In this document: piece by piece, positions 52,062 through 64,000 of the stretch | How the letters are laid out: every line of letters starts with the position of its first letter | Numbering within the stretch: position 1 is the first letter of the stretch | Assembly (NCBI RefSeq): GCF_009914755.1 | Contig: NC_060933.1 | Length of the DNA: 64,000 bases | Source of the DNA: the human T2T-CHM13v2.0 reference genome, Homo sapiens | Direction: 5' to 3' (one strand) | Translations under genes and position numbers: made by a program | The notes under the pieces: model-generated | Database searches by the model: none | What the model saw: the letters and a program-made list of their open reading frames with translations, nothing else | What the model was told of the DNA's origin: nothing

Positions 52062-52284
52062 ATCACTACCATTTGTTTTTCTAGAAGCTAAAGCTGATTT
52101 TGTTAATTTCTCAAGCACTGCAGCTGCATATCTTGAATACTGGAGCAACATCTCTTTTAATCAAAGTGTCCAAAAGTTTGATACTCACCTCAGTTAAGCA
52201 TCAAGGGCATTAGCCTAATTGGTTGCTTCCCCACAATTTCCTCCCAAAACTAAAGCTATGTCACCTTAAAAATGACTTGGTTAA

Positions 52285-52639
<355 letters not shown>

Positions 52640-53085
52640 CCCTTCCTTTAATAATTCTACTCAATGGATTTCTGCCCTCACAGATCCCATGGTCAGGGCT
52701 GGAAAACATTTTGGGGTTTCTGTGTGTATTTGTTTTAAATATGCATAGCCTTGATATTCCTCCAGTGAGCAGGTCTAAAAAAAGTGAATTTAGTATGTTT
52801 CCATACTAATTTGAAGACTTCCAGGACTACAAATCAATATTTTAAGACTTTTTAGGCCATGCCCTCTTTCTGATGAATATAGCAGTCTCATGGATGCTTC
52901 TCCTCCTAAATTCTGATGCTCCTCAGGGGACAGGTTTGCTCCACTATTTGATTAACTAGAGCTGTCTGCATATTCCTAGGAAGCAGATAGCTAAGATGTT
53001 GAGTTTTGCCTTTCATAGTCTGCATGACATAAAAAATGAGGGGGTTTAAATGTTTTTTCAAATATAAATATTATAACTGATAAGC

Positions 53086-53150
53086 TTTTTTATTTTTTAT
53101 TTTATTTTATTTTATTTTTATTTTTTTATTATACTTTAAGTTTTAGGGTA
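53086..53150 (-). mobile_element. Extremely 5'-truncated L1PA (about 23 nt plus patterned A tail)
   Basis: ATTATACTTTAAGTTTTAGGGTA is the L1PA 3' terminus; flanks TAA(G/A)CTTTT. Confidence 0.8.
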
Positions 53151-53432
53151 AACTTTTGCAATTCACTCATTTCTCCATCTTCCCACTGGAACTTCTGCAT
53201 ACACCATCCTGTGCTGAAAATACAGCTGATCCAGTTTGCAAATGGAGTCACTGATTAGTCACTGTGTTCTCACTGGATTAAAGCAGTGTTGTTTTCTTTT
53301 CTTATTCATAGCATGAATATATTACAATTTATCAAATAATTCCTTTTTTGAGGTTGTTCTACCTATTTACTGCTATAAGCAGTGCTGCAATCAACATTCT
53401 TTTTACGTATCCCCACAGATCAAAGAGGATCA

Positions 53433-53774
53433 GTGTCAGTCCATTTAGGCTGCTATAACAAAATGCCACAATCAGGTAGTTTATAAACAATAGAAATGTA
53501 TTTCTTATAGTGTAGGAAGCTAGGAATTCCAAGATCAAGATGCTGGCAGATTTGGTATCTGGTGAGGGCCTGCTTTTTGGTTTATAGATAGTGCCTTCTC
53601 GCTGTGTCCTCCCATGGTGAAAGGGGTGAGGCAGTTCTCTGGGGACTCTTTTATAAGGGCACCAATCCCATTCATGAGGGCTGAGCCTCCCAAAGTCTCC
53701 ACCTCCTAACACCATCACATTGGTTATAAAGTTTCAATATAATGGATTTTGGAGAGACACATTCAGACCATAGC
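53433..53774 (-). mobile_element. MLT1A-like LTR
   Basis: AGTCCATTTAGGCTGCTATAACAAAA...ACATTCAGACCATAGCA. Confidence 0.88.
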
Positions 53775-54269
53775 AATAAGTTTCTTGCATGGAGTAGACG
53801 TTTCTTCTTCAGTCAAAGTCATATTAGTAACTATCCATCGCTAGACCTCCCAACCACACAGACTCTCAGGACAAGTTTGAGCAATTTGTTCTTGTACCAC
53901 TCCAGTCAAAGGCAAAACTTAACCTCATACCTCACATGTTGCCCTTGTCTCTTAGAGGTGATCATTTTCAAATCAAAAGAAAAAGTGGTAGTTCTTTAAT
54001 TAAAACTTTAAAATGATCCTCTCAGGTTGTGTATAGATCCAATAATAGATCATGAAATCATTTTAGAAAGTCATTATTAGGATTGTTTAAATCAACTAGG
54101 ACAGATAATATTTTTGTGTTGAGAACACTCTAAATATTTTCTTCTAGCTATTTTGAAATATAAATTATTTTTAACTAAGTGATTTTAATTATATTTCCTC
54201 AATGACTAATAATGCAGAGGCTCTTTATATGTTTGTTTGACCATTTCTTTTTATCATTTGTATTATTAA

Positions 54270-54596
<327 letters not shown>

Positions 54597-57242
54597 TGAG
54601 AGGTCTTTATATATTCTGAATACAAGTTCTTTATCAGACACGTGATTTGCAAATATTTTCTACCAGAGCGTGGCTTGTCCTTTCATTCTCTCAACCATGT
54701 CTTTTAAAGAACAGAAGTTCTTAATTCTGATGAGGTAGAATTTATCAATTTTTTTCTTTTATGGATCATTTTGTTATTGGACTAGTAATTTTGTGTATGG
54801 AACAAGATATAGGATTGAAGTTCTTTTTAAAAGTGAGAATATGCAATTGTTCTAGTACTATCTATTGAAGACTATTGTTGAAAATCAATTGGCCATATAT
54901 GTAGGAATCTATTTCTGAAATCTCTGTTCTGTTTCATAGATCTGTGTTTTGAGTCTTTATTCCAATACCACACTGGTGCTATTCTAAATGATACTCAAAA
55001 TTTTTTTCAAATTGTTCATTGATAATACATAGATATATGACTGATTATTGCATATTTACTTTATATTTTGTGACCTTACTAAACTCACTAGTTCTGCTAT
55101 CTTTTTATCTGTGAGACTGTCTACAGAGACAATAATGTTGCTTGTGAATAGGGGCACTATTTGTTCCTTTGCAATCTTGTATCTCTTATTTCTTTATCTT
55201 GTTTTATTGCATTGGCTAACTTGAGTATTATGTTGAAAAGGAGTGGTGAGAGTGGGCTTCCTTGCATTGTTCCTGATAGTAGGGGAAAGTGTTCAATCTT
55301 TTACCACTGAATATGATATTAGCTGTAGGACTTCTGTAGATGCCCTTTATCATGTTGAGGAAGTTCTCATCTATCCTGGTTTTCTGAGTGTTTTTGTCAT
55401 GAACAATCTTGGATTTTGTCAAATGTATTTTCTGCATCTATTGAGTTGATCATACTGTTTTTTCGTCTTTAACCTATTGATGTTGCAGATTACATTAACT
55501 GATTTTCAAATGTTTAACCAGCCTTGCATTCCCATGGCGTACCCCCACTTAGTCATGAAAATTTGTATTTTTTTATATATTGTTCAATTTGTTTGCTAAA
55601 TTTTTCTTAAGAAGTTAGTGTCTTTGATTACGAAGGGTACTTGCTATATTTTTCTTGTAATTTGCCTCTTTTAGCATTAAAACAGTACTCACTTTGCCCA
55701 GGCACACTGGCTCATTTCTGTAATCTCAGCACTTTGGGAGGCTGAGGCAGGAGGATCACTTGAAGCCAGGAGTTCAAGATCAGCCTGTGAGACCCCGTCT
55801 ATATAATTTTTTTTAAAAAATAGTGCTCACCTCAGAATGAGTTGGCAAGTACTATCTTGTCTTCAGTTTTATGGAAGATTTTGTGGAGATTTGGTAGGTA
55901 GTAGTCTTCCTTCAGTGTTTAATAGAATACTGGTAAGACCATCTGGGTCTAAAATTTTCTTCATGTGAAAGCTTTTAATGACAGTTTCAAGTTTTGTATT
56001 AGATGTAGGGCTATTCAGGTTATCTGTTTCTTCTGGAGTGAACTTTTATAGTTTATATCTTTTAATTAAATTTTATTTAATCTGTTAAATTTGTTGGCAT
56101 AAAGTTATTCATAATATTCCTTTTCTCATTGTAATACCTGTAGACTGTTTTATAATACTCCTCAATTCCTGATATTGGTAATTTGTGTCTTCTCTCTTTT
56201 TTACTGGATCAATCTGACTAGTTTTGTCATTTGTTCTCAAAGAATCAGTTTCTGATTTCATTAAGATTCTATATTGTTTTTCTGTTTTCTATAGTATTGA
56301 TTTCTGCTATCTTTATTGTTTCCTTCTGCTTTCTTTGTGTTTAATTGACTTTGCTTTTCCTAGTTTATTAAGGTGGAATCTTAATTTATTTGAGATTTTT
56401 CTATTTCTTTAATATTGGTATTTATTGCTATAAATTTCCCTTTAAATTTGTATTTATAAAATTTGTTTATAAATTTAACTGCTTTAGCTACATACCACAA
56501 TTTTTGATACATTACATTTTCAATTTCCATTAGTTCAGAATATTTTTAATTCTCCTTTTGAGTGTTTGCTTTATCCATGAGATATTTAGAAGTATGTTAT
56601 TTAGTTTCCAAATATTTGAGGATTTTCCAGATATCTTTCTGCCACTGATTTCTAACTTAATTCTATTGTATTTAGAGAACATACTCTGTATAATGGAAAA
56701 CTTCTAAATTTATTCAGTCTTATTTTATGGCCCAGAATGTGGTATATGATGCTAACTGTTCTGTGTGTTTTTGAAAAGAATGTGTACTTTGCTGTTGTTG
56801 GATGAAATCATCTACAAATGTTAATTATGTCAAGTTGCTTCCAAGTATTGTTCAAATCTTCTGTAAGCTACTGATCTGTGTATTTATTTTCCCAATTATT
56901 GTGAGAGGGGCTGGAAATCTTCAATTTTAATTGTGGATTCATCCTTGCAATTCTATCAGGTTTTGTTTCCTGTACTTTGATGCTGTGCTACTAGATGTTT
57001 AAACATTAGGATTTTTATATCCTTTTGATGAGTTGAACCTGTTACCATTCTGAAATGATCGTTAATCTGGTAGTATTCCTTGCTATAAAATCTATTTTGA
57101 CTAATATTAATATAGCCACTCCACCTTTCTTCTGAATAATATTAGCATTATATAAATATAAATATATATAAATGTATATATTATATATATCCACACATAA
57201 CATTTTAAACTTACTTGTGTCTTTATATTTAAAATGGGTTTC

Positions 57243-58083
57243 TTTTTTTTAAAAAACTCTTATTTTAGGTTAAGGGGGTACATGTGCAGGATTGTTATAT
57301 AGGTAAATTGTGTGAACACAGGAGTTTGTTATGCAGAGTATTTCATCACCCAGGTAATAAACGTAGTACTGATAGGTAGTTTTTCGATCCTCACCCTCCT
57401 TCCACCCTCCACCCTCAAGTAGGCCCCAGTATTTGTTGTTTCCTTCTTTGTGTCCATGTGTACTCAATGTTTAGCTTCCCACTTATAAGTGAGAACATGT
57501 GGTGTTTGGTTTTCTGTTCCTGTGTTTATTTGCTGAGAATAACGGCTTCCAGCTCCTCCATGTCCCTGCAAAGGACATGATCTTATTCTTTTTTATGGCT
57601 GCGTAGTATTCCATGGCATATATGTACCACATTTTCTTTATCCAGTCTATTATTGATGGGTATTTAGGTTGATTCCATGTCTTTGCTATTGTGAATACTA
57701 CTGTGATTAATATTTGTGTGCATGTGTCTTTATGGTAGGATGATTTATATTCCTTTGGGTATATACCCAATAACGGGATTGCTGGGTTGAATGGTACTTC
57801 TGTTTTAAGTTCTATGAGAAATTGCCAAACTGCTTTCCACATGGCTCAACTAATTTACATTTCTATCAGCAGCGTGTAAGTATTCCTTTTTCTCCACAAT
57901 CTTGCAGCATCTGTTATTTTTTGACTTTTTAATAATAGCCATTCTGACTGGTGTGAAAGGGAATCTCATTGTGGTTTTGATTTGCATTTCTCTAATGATC
58001 AGTGCTGTTGAGCATGTTTTCATATGTTTGTTGGACACTCGTATGTCTTCTTTTGAAAAGTGTCTGTTCATGTCCTTTGCCCA
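57243..58083 (-). mobile_element. L1PB/old L1PA 3' end
   Basis: ORF2 C-terminal peptides; TSD TAAA(A/G)TGGG(T/C)TTCTT. Confidence 0.9.
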
Positions 58084-58388
58084 TAAAGTGGGCTTCTTGA
58101 AGGCAGCATGTTGTTGGGTCTTACTTAAAAAAAAATCCTGTATCACAAGCTTTGCCTCTTATTAGGATTTTTAGAACATTTACATTTAAGGTAATTAATG
58201 ATATGATTGTGTTTAAATCTACCATCTTGCCATTTACTATTTGTCCCACATATTCTTTGCTTCCTTTTTCTTTTTATGATTTAAAACATTTTATTTATTT
58301 CTTTCTCCTTTGTTGTTGTTACTCATCTTTTTGGTTTATGACGTTTATTTCTATAATGGTTGTTTTAGGGCATATACTTCTTTATCTT

Positions 58389-59017
58389 TGTGATGATTTT
58401 GTAATGTGTCATTTTGGACGAGTTGAACTGAATTTCTCAGGGTTCCCTTTCCTTTATGTTTATGGTTATGATGGGTCACAGGACAGATTTTTATAGGGGC
58501 TTGGAAAGCAGAAGTGAGGTAGCAGCTATTTTGTAGTATATGTACGTCTCCTATTTACTGGCTCAACTTGCTGGTGGGTGGCAGTGGATGGGTCTGCAAG
58601 TGCCCCATCTTTCCCTGGATCCTCCATCAGGCTCTCTAACGCCTGAGCCAAGTGCCTGTGTGTAGCTTCCTGCTGAAGAGTCTTGATCTCTGCAGGACAC
58701 TCACACCACTAAGATCAGTGGCAGCAGAACTGACATGAATTTTGCTCCATCATCATGAGACCCAGCTCATGCTTGCTTGGTCCTTCCTAGTCTTATCTCT
58801 CATTTTATATCCACCTTTACTCCTGATTCCCACCTTATGGATTTCAATCTCTAGTATCAGAGGTAAAGACAGTAGTATCTAAGATTTCTTAACCAGCTCT
58901 CATACTCAATAAGGCCAAATCCCTTCAATAAACCCATATTAATATATACTTAAACTTTTATTTGTATAAAATATCTCCTAGTGGTTATGCTTCCTTAATT
59001 AAATTCTAACTGATACA
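58389..59017 (+). mobile_element. MLT2 (ERVL) solo LTR
   Basis: TGTGATG...CTAACTGATACA termini; perfect 5-bp TSD ATCTT. Confidence 0.82.
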
Positions 59018-59664
59018 ATCTTCAAGTAGTATTATTCCACTTATAGCCTAAAAACATTAGTTTCTTTTCTACTTCTGTATCTCCTGGCATTTGTGCTATT
59101 GTCATTCATTTTATGTCTATTTTTTCTAAACGTAACCTGACATTATCATTATTTTTCATTTAATTATTTTTAAAATCCATTATCTTTTAGAGTGACTAAA
59201 AATTAAGAAAAGAGATCTTACATTTACCGACATAGTTATCATTTCTGCTCTTCATTTCTTGGTGTATATCCAGATTACTGTACGGTAATATTTGCCTTCT
59301 GCCTGAAGGACTTTCTATAAAATTTCTTTTCATAAAGTTCTGTTGATGATGAATTGTTTCAGCCATTATATCTCTGAAAAAGTCTTTTATTTCACCTTTG
59401 TCTTTTTAAAATAGAGATAGAATTCACATACTATAAAATTCATATTTTAAAGTTCACAATTCATTGGTTTTTAGAATATTCAGTTATGAAACTATCATGA
59501 CTAATTTCAGAGTATCTTCATACCTCCAAAAAGAGATTCTATACCCATTAGCAGTCATTTCTCATTCCGTACTTCCAAGAAAGGCAGGATGTCATGAGCT
59601 TAGTGTGTATATGTGGTAGGGTTGTTATGTGCGTGATTCCAGAATAATATATTGCAATGGATGA

Positions 59665-59830
59665 CAGTTTCCAAAACTTGGAGGCCCGTCAGAATCACTT
59701 GTGGACCTTGTTTAAAAAACAGAATTAGAGGCATTACATCAGTTCCTAAATAGGATATCATCAGAGTACAGCCAAAGAATCTTTGTTTTTACCAGGTTAT
59801 CCAGGATTCTGCTGTGCAGGTAGCCCAGCA
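59665..59830. mobile_element. MER5-like hAT fragment
   Basis: TCAGAATCAC.TG...CTTGTTTAAAA..CAGA motif. Confidence 0.5.
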
Positions 59831-59932
59831 TTTGGTGAGGTGCAGCCAGAAGAGCCATGTGGATCTATTCTGCTCCTCATTCGTACTTCATCTGGGCACA
59901 GACGCAGTAGGAAGCAAAAAAAAAGATTGTCC

Positions 59933-60248
<316 letters not shown>

Positions 60249-62620
60249 GATTGTCCGAAGAAGCTGGAGTGGTGCTCACCTAGGGAAGGGACTTTCCAGC
60301 CTGGCACTGCCTCTGAGAAAGCTAGGGGGAACATGGCAGGGAAGAGGAAGGGGCTGTGCTTCTTCCTCTCCTAGAATCCCAGTTTCCCTATCTCACTCAA
60401 AACATCCTGTTGTCCCTTTGCCCTTGGTCATGCCATCCAGGAGGCCATTTGTTAGTGTCAGATGGTGTCCACAGCACCTTCGGGTCCCATCCTTGCCTAC
60501 CTTTTCTAGATTCAGGAAGCTCTTTCTAGTATAGACTCTAAGCCCCTACCTGTCACCTAGAGCCTTCAGTGGTTGAGCAGCCTCAGAGAGATGTTCCATC
60601 CTGGAGACGTTGGGGCCTCCCTGCTTGGTCCTGTGGCTTAGAAAAAAGTTAGGAGCCCAAAGGAAAGGGGGGAAGCTTTGCTGGAGGTGGAAACCTGGCT
60701 GGATGAAAAACTAGGTCAGAAAACAGCTGCCCTGAGAGCAAGAATGGGATAGTGAGTCTCTGCCCACACTCTGGTCTGTGGGCGAACCTGGAAGCTTGAG
60801 AGGGAGGCACTGAGGCAGCCGAGAAGAGACTGAGCCACACATGACTTCAGCCCTACCTGTGATGATGAATTCAGATCTAACACTCTATCACCAGACTGAG
60901 ATCCTGGAAGGTGAGAGGAACTGTGCTTATTCACATCTACCTCAGCCACAGTGTTAGCAGGCCCACTACCTCTCTAGGACAGGCACCTGGGCCAGTTCTG
61001 GAGTAGACGTCCTAGGTTTGGGTGTTGCAAGAGTCTGGAAATCCCCACATTGGAAAGGACCACATTCCCTTCACCCTCAGGGCCTGTTTGCTCTCGCCTG
61101 GTAGAGTTTCCAGGGCAGGAGATGCTCCCAGCTTGGCAGGTAAGAGCCACAGAGGGGTACGGTGGGAATTTCAGCTCAAGGGCTGGGCTAGTTCTGCAAC
61201 AGAATTTGGAGTGGGCTGGGCCCTATAGGCCTGTATATCCGACAAGGGTCACAGAGTCTGGGGTCATGGCTGTTCCTGGGTTCCCAGGTGAGCATTGAGT
61301 CTTCCCAAACAAGATGCCCCATGGACTGTGCAGCTGTTATTGAAAGATCTCCTGAGCTCCTGGGGAAATATATGACACATATGTGTGCAAAATGTGTGTG
61401 CCTAGCATAGATGTATGTATTCCTCAATGTATAGCTACCTAGGGTTACAGTTAGAGTTAGAATTATGCTTAGAACAGCATTGATGTTATGGTTCCAGTTT
61501 GGAGTGAGGTAGTGGTAAGGATAGGGTGGGAATCATGGTGATATTAAAGTAGGGTTTGGAACTAGGTTTGTGGTTCCTGTTGATAGAAGTTGGTGTATCT
61601 TAGATGAGGAAGGTGTTAGGGTTGGAGTAAGGCACTGCTGGCATTTAGAATTTAGACAAAGAGATAAATTTTGTGTTGGAGGCTGATTTTAAGCTTTCAA
61701 GATAGTGTGGAGAGGGACTTAGGCTTATGCATAACATGTGTTAATCTTGTATAGATGACAGGTTGTTTGCTGTTTCTGGGTCCTCCACAGTTCATGGGTA
61801 CAGAGTGGTCACTATAGCTGTGGTCCAGCTAGGGAAGGTAGGCATTAAGCTGCTGGGGAGAGGGCGGATCAGTTTTCTATCTCAAACTTATTTGGCCATG
61901 TAAACATTTTGGATCACAGTCACTAGTATTACCTGTCTGAGGTACAGTTGTTCCTTCTTATTTGAAAAACTATGGTTTAGAGGTTTCTTTGGAAATGGGG
62001 TTGGAGTTGGGTTTAGAGGTGTGGTCGATAGGGGTGGGATTGTGGTTAACATAAAGTTTAGGCTAGAGCTACATATGAGATCATGTCTTGTGTAAGGGTT
62101 TTCTAACTGGGGAACCAGGACCTGGTTCTTCATGGTTTCCCGAGGATAACGTGGACTAAGTGTGTCTACCTGGTTTGTTCTTCCCTTGTGTCTGCTATGT
62201 CAAAGAGTCTGAGAGTCAGGACCCTTCAAGGATGGAGCCAGCAGTAAATTGGGGGCCCTCAGGGTGATGGGTGTATAGGCGAAGGATGAGGCTGCTGAAG
62301 AGGACTCTCTTCCTGACCCTGACGTTCTTTAAGAGCACACAGCCACATTGTTGAGACCAGAGGTATGCATGTGAAACCAAAACTATCCTATTAAAGGACA
62401 AGCAATGGGACAGAAATGACAAACCAAAGTTTAAAGGAGAGATGAGCCTGGTCTGAGGTAGCCTAGAGGATTTATGGAGGAGAGGGTCTTTGCAGGATGG
62501 ATTTGGACTGCATTTGTGTCTGTGGGTCTGTAAGATGGGCTGTCTGTTCTGTGTGCAAACTTGTCAACTTGTCTTTGTGTCTGTGCATTTTTGACTGTTT
62601 GCTCGAGCATGTCTGATGCA

Positions 62621-62710
62621 GGGTGTTCATGAGTCCTTGAACACCCAAGGACTCATGAACACCCAAATCCAAGTTCATGAGTCCAAGAACACCCAAGTCA
62701 TGTCCAAGGA
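62621..62710. repeat. Perfect 19-bp inverted repeat followed by scrambled partial copies
   Basis: GGGTGTTCATGAGTCCTTG-AACACC-CAAGGACTCATGAACACCC. Confidence 0.92.
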
Positions 62711-62757
62711 AGACATAAGTGTGTTTTTCTTGACATGTTTGTGCTTACTCTGAACTC

Positions 62758-62806
62758 TTAGGTTGGTGCAAAAGTAATTGTGGTTTTTGCCATTATGGCA
62801 AAACCA
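62758..62806. mobile_element. MADE1 (Hsmar1 MITE), one TIR truncated
   Basis: TTAGGTTGGTGCAAAAGTAATTGTGGTTTTTGCCATT-ATGGCAAAACC. Confidence 0.9.
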
Positions 62807-64000
62807 TATGTGTGTAATTCTGCCCTGGCCCCTCACCGTATCTTCCCCCTCTGCCCTGATACACCCTAGCTGCTAGCACAATTTACTGCAAGGAGGGCTT
62901 CCCTTCCCACCGTCTGGATTCCCATGGGTCAGTCTGCCTGCCCAGGGACCCGCCCCTGTGGCCTTTGTAGTAGGCCTGACCTTGGAATTGATACACTCTG
63001 GAAATCCCCTAGTATGCTACTTGCCTGGCTGTGGACCAGGCAAGAACACGAGAGAAGTTTATAGAGGAGGAGAGGGACAAGGCAGGAAAGGGGGGTAGTT
63101 GGCAGCACCCACCCCTCCTTCTGGAAACTGGATCTCACTGGCCTCTTCCCAGGCCCCCCTCTCCCTCCCCATGCTCTCCCAGGGTCCTGGCCTCACTGTC
63201 TCCGGGCATGAGAATGCACAGACCTCTGTAAGCCTGGTCAGCCCTGTGAGGCATCTGGTCCTTTGTGTCCCTAAGCACTTTACATGCCTGGATTGTGCTT
63301 ATCTGTCATATTGCCACCTGAGCTCAAGGAAGTCCTCCCTTCTCCTCTGTCCCTGCAGTGGACACAGAGGCCATTCTGGCCCTTCCATCTATGGCAGGCC
63401 TGGCCTAGACCATGGGCTCCAGAGGCCAGGTAGAGCATTCGGCCCTGGTTGTCTGGTTAAGCAGCAGAGGCCCAGCCACCTCCCACATGGTGCAGGAAGC
63501 AGTGTCTCCATGGAGTCTATTCCTGTGTTCATCCTGTGTCCCTTGCCCTCCCTGCCTGGGCTGCAGTGAGCAGGTATAGAAGTGAAGCAGTCACAGTCCC
63601 TGCCCTCAACAACTCAGCGTTGAACACAAGTGATGTTGTGGAGAAGCCACCCTCCTCCCACTGCTGGTGGTCGGTTTCCTGAAATTCCCTCCAGCCAATT
63701 CCGAAGTGCCCTTCTGGAAAGCCCAAGAGAAGAGCTCTAGAAGGTTGGGGCCATTCACCATGACATGTTGTTACCTGAGTGTGCCAGAGGTGAACCCAAA
63801 GATCCCAAGCAAGCACTGATGTATTCCTAGCATCTACCCCCAAACCTGAAGTAGTAAATTCTTGAGTTTATACCCTTCATGTGACTTTTGCTTCTTGCCT
63901 CTCTTCACCCTGGGGAAGATAGAACATGGATTTATGCAGGGATTATGGGATGAGCAAGGCTTCATCCACCATCAGCATTCCACATAAGTCATAGGCTATG

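Noticed and set aside
63099-63569. 156-aa ORF
   Set aside because: Non-ATG start, no recognisable homology, runs across a putative splice acceptor.

Overview
Repeat-dense human genomic DNA. The species call rests on a human-specific AluYb9 plus primate L1PA/Alu elements. Bases 1-46 kb look intergenic and are mostly retroelements: a decayed L1PA3/4-age LINE-1 with an intact 5' end (minus strand, 1-4881), old L1M/L1PB, L2 and MIR fragments, about 19 Alu/monomer copies, several solo LTRs, and Tigger3, MER5 and MADE1 DNA-transposon relics. A CpG-island promoter with a first exon ending in a consensus donor (CCG|GTAAGT, 47178/47179) starts a + strand gene I cannot name; the rest of the window would be its first intron(s). 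No intact protein-coding CDS, RNA gene or CRISPR array is supported, and nearly all ORF-track entries are repeat-derived noise. I found no convincing new biological system. The most noteworthy items are: a ~1.5 kb 3'UTR-only retrocopy splitting an old LTR (39419-40938); an open, extended L1 ORF0 and antisense promoter facing candidate downstream exons; a very young AluYb9; and two patches resembling templated-insertion repair scars. Subfamily names come from recalled consensus sequences and need RepeatMasker/Dfam confirmation.
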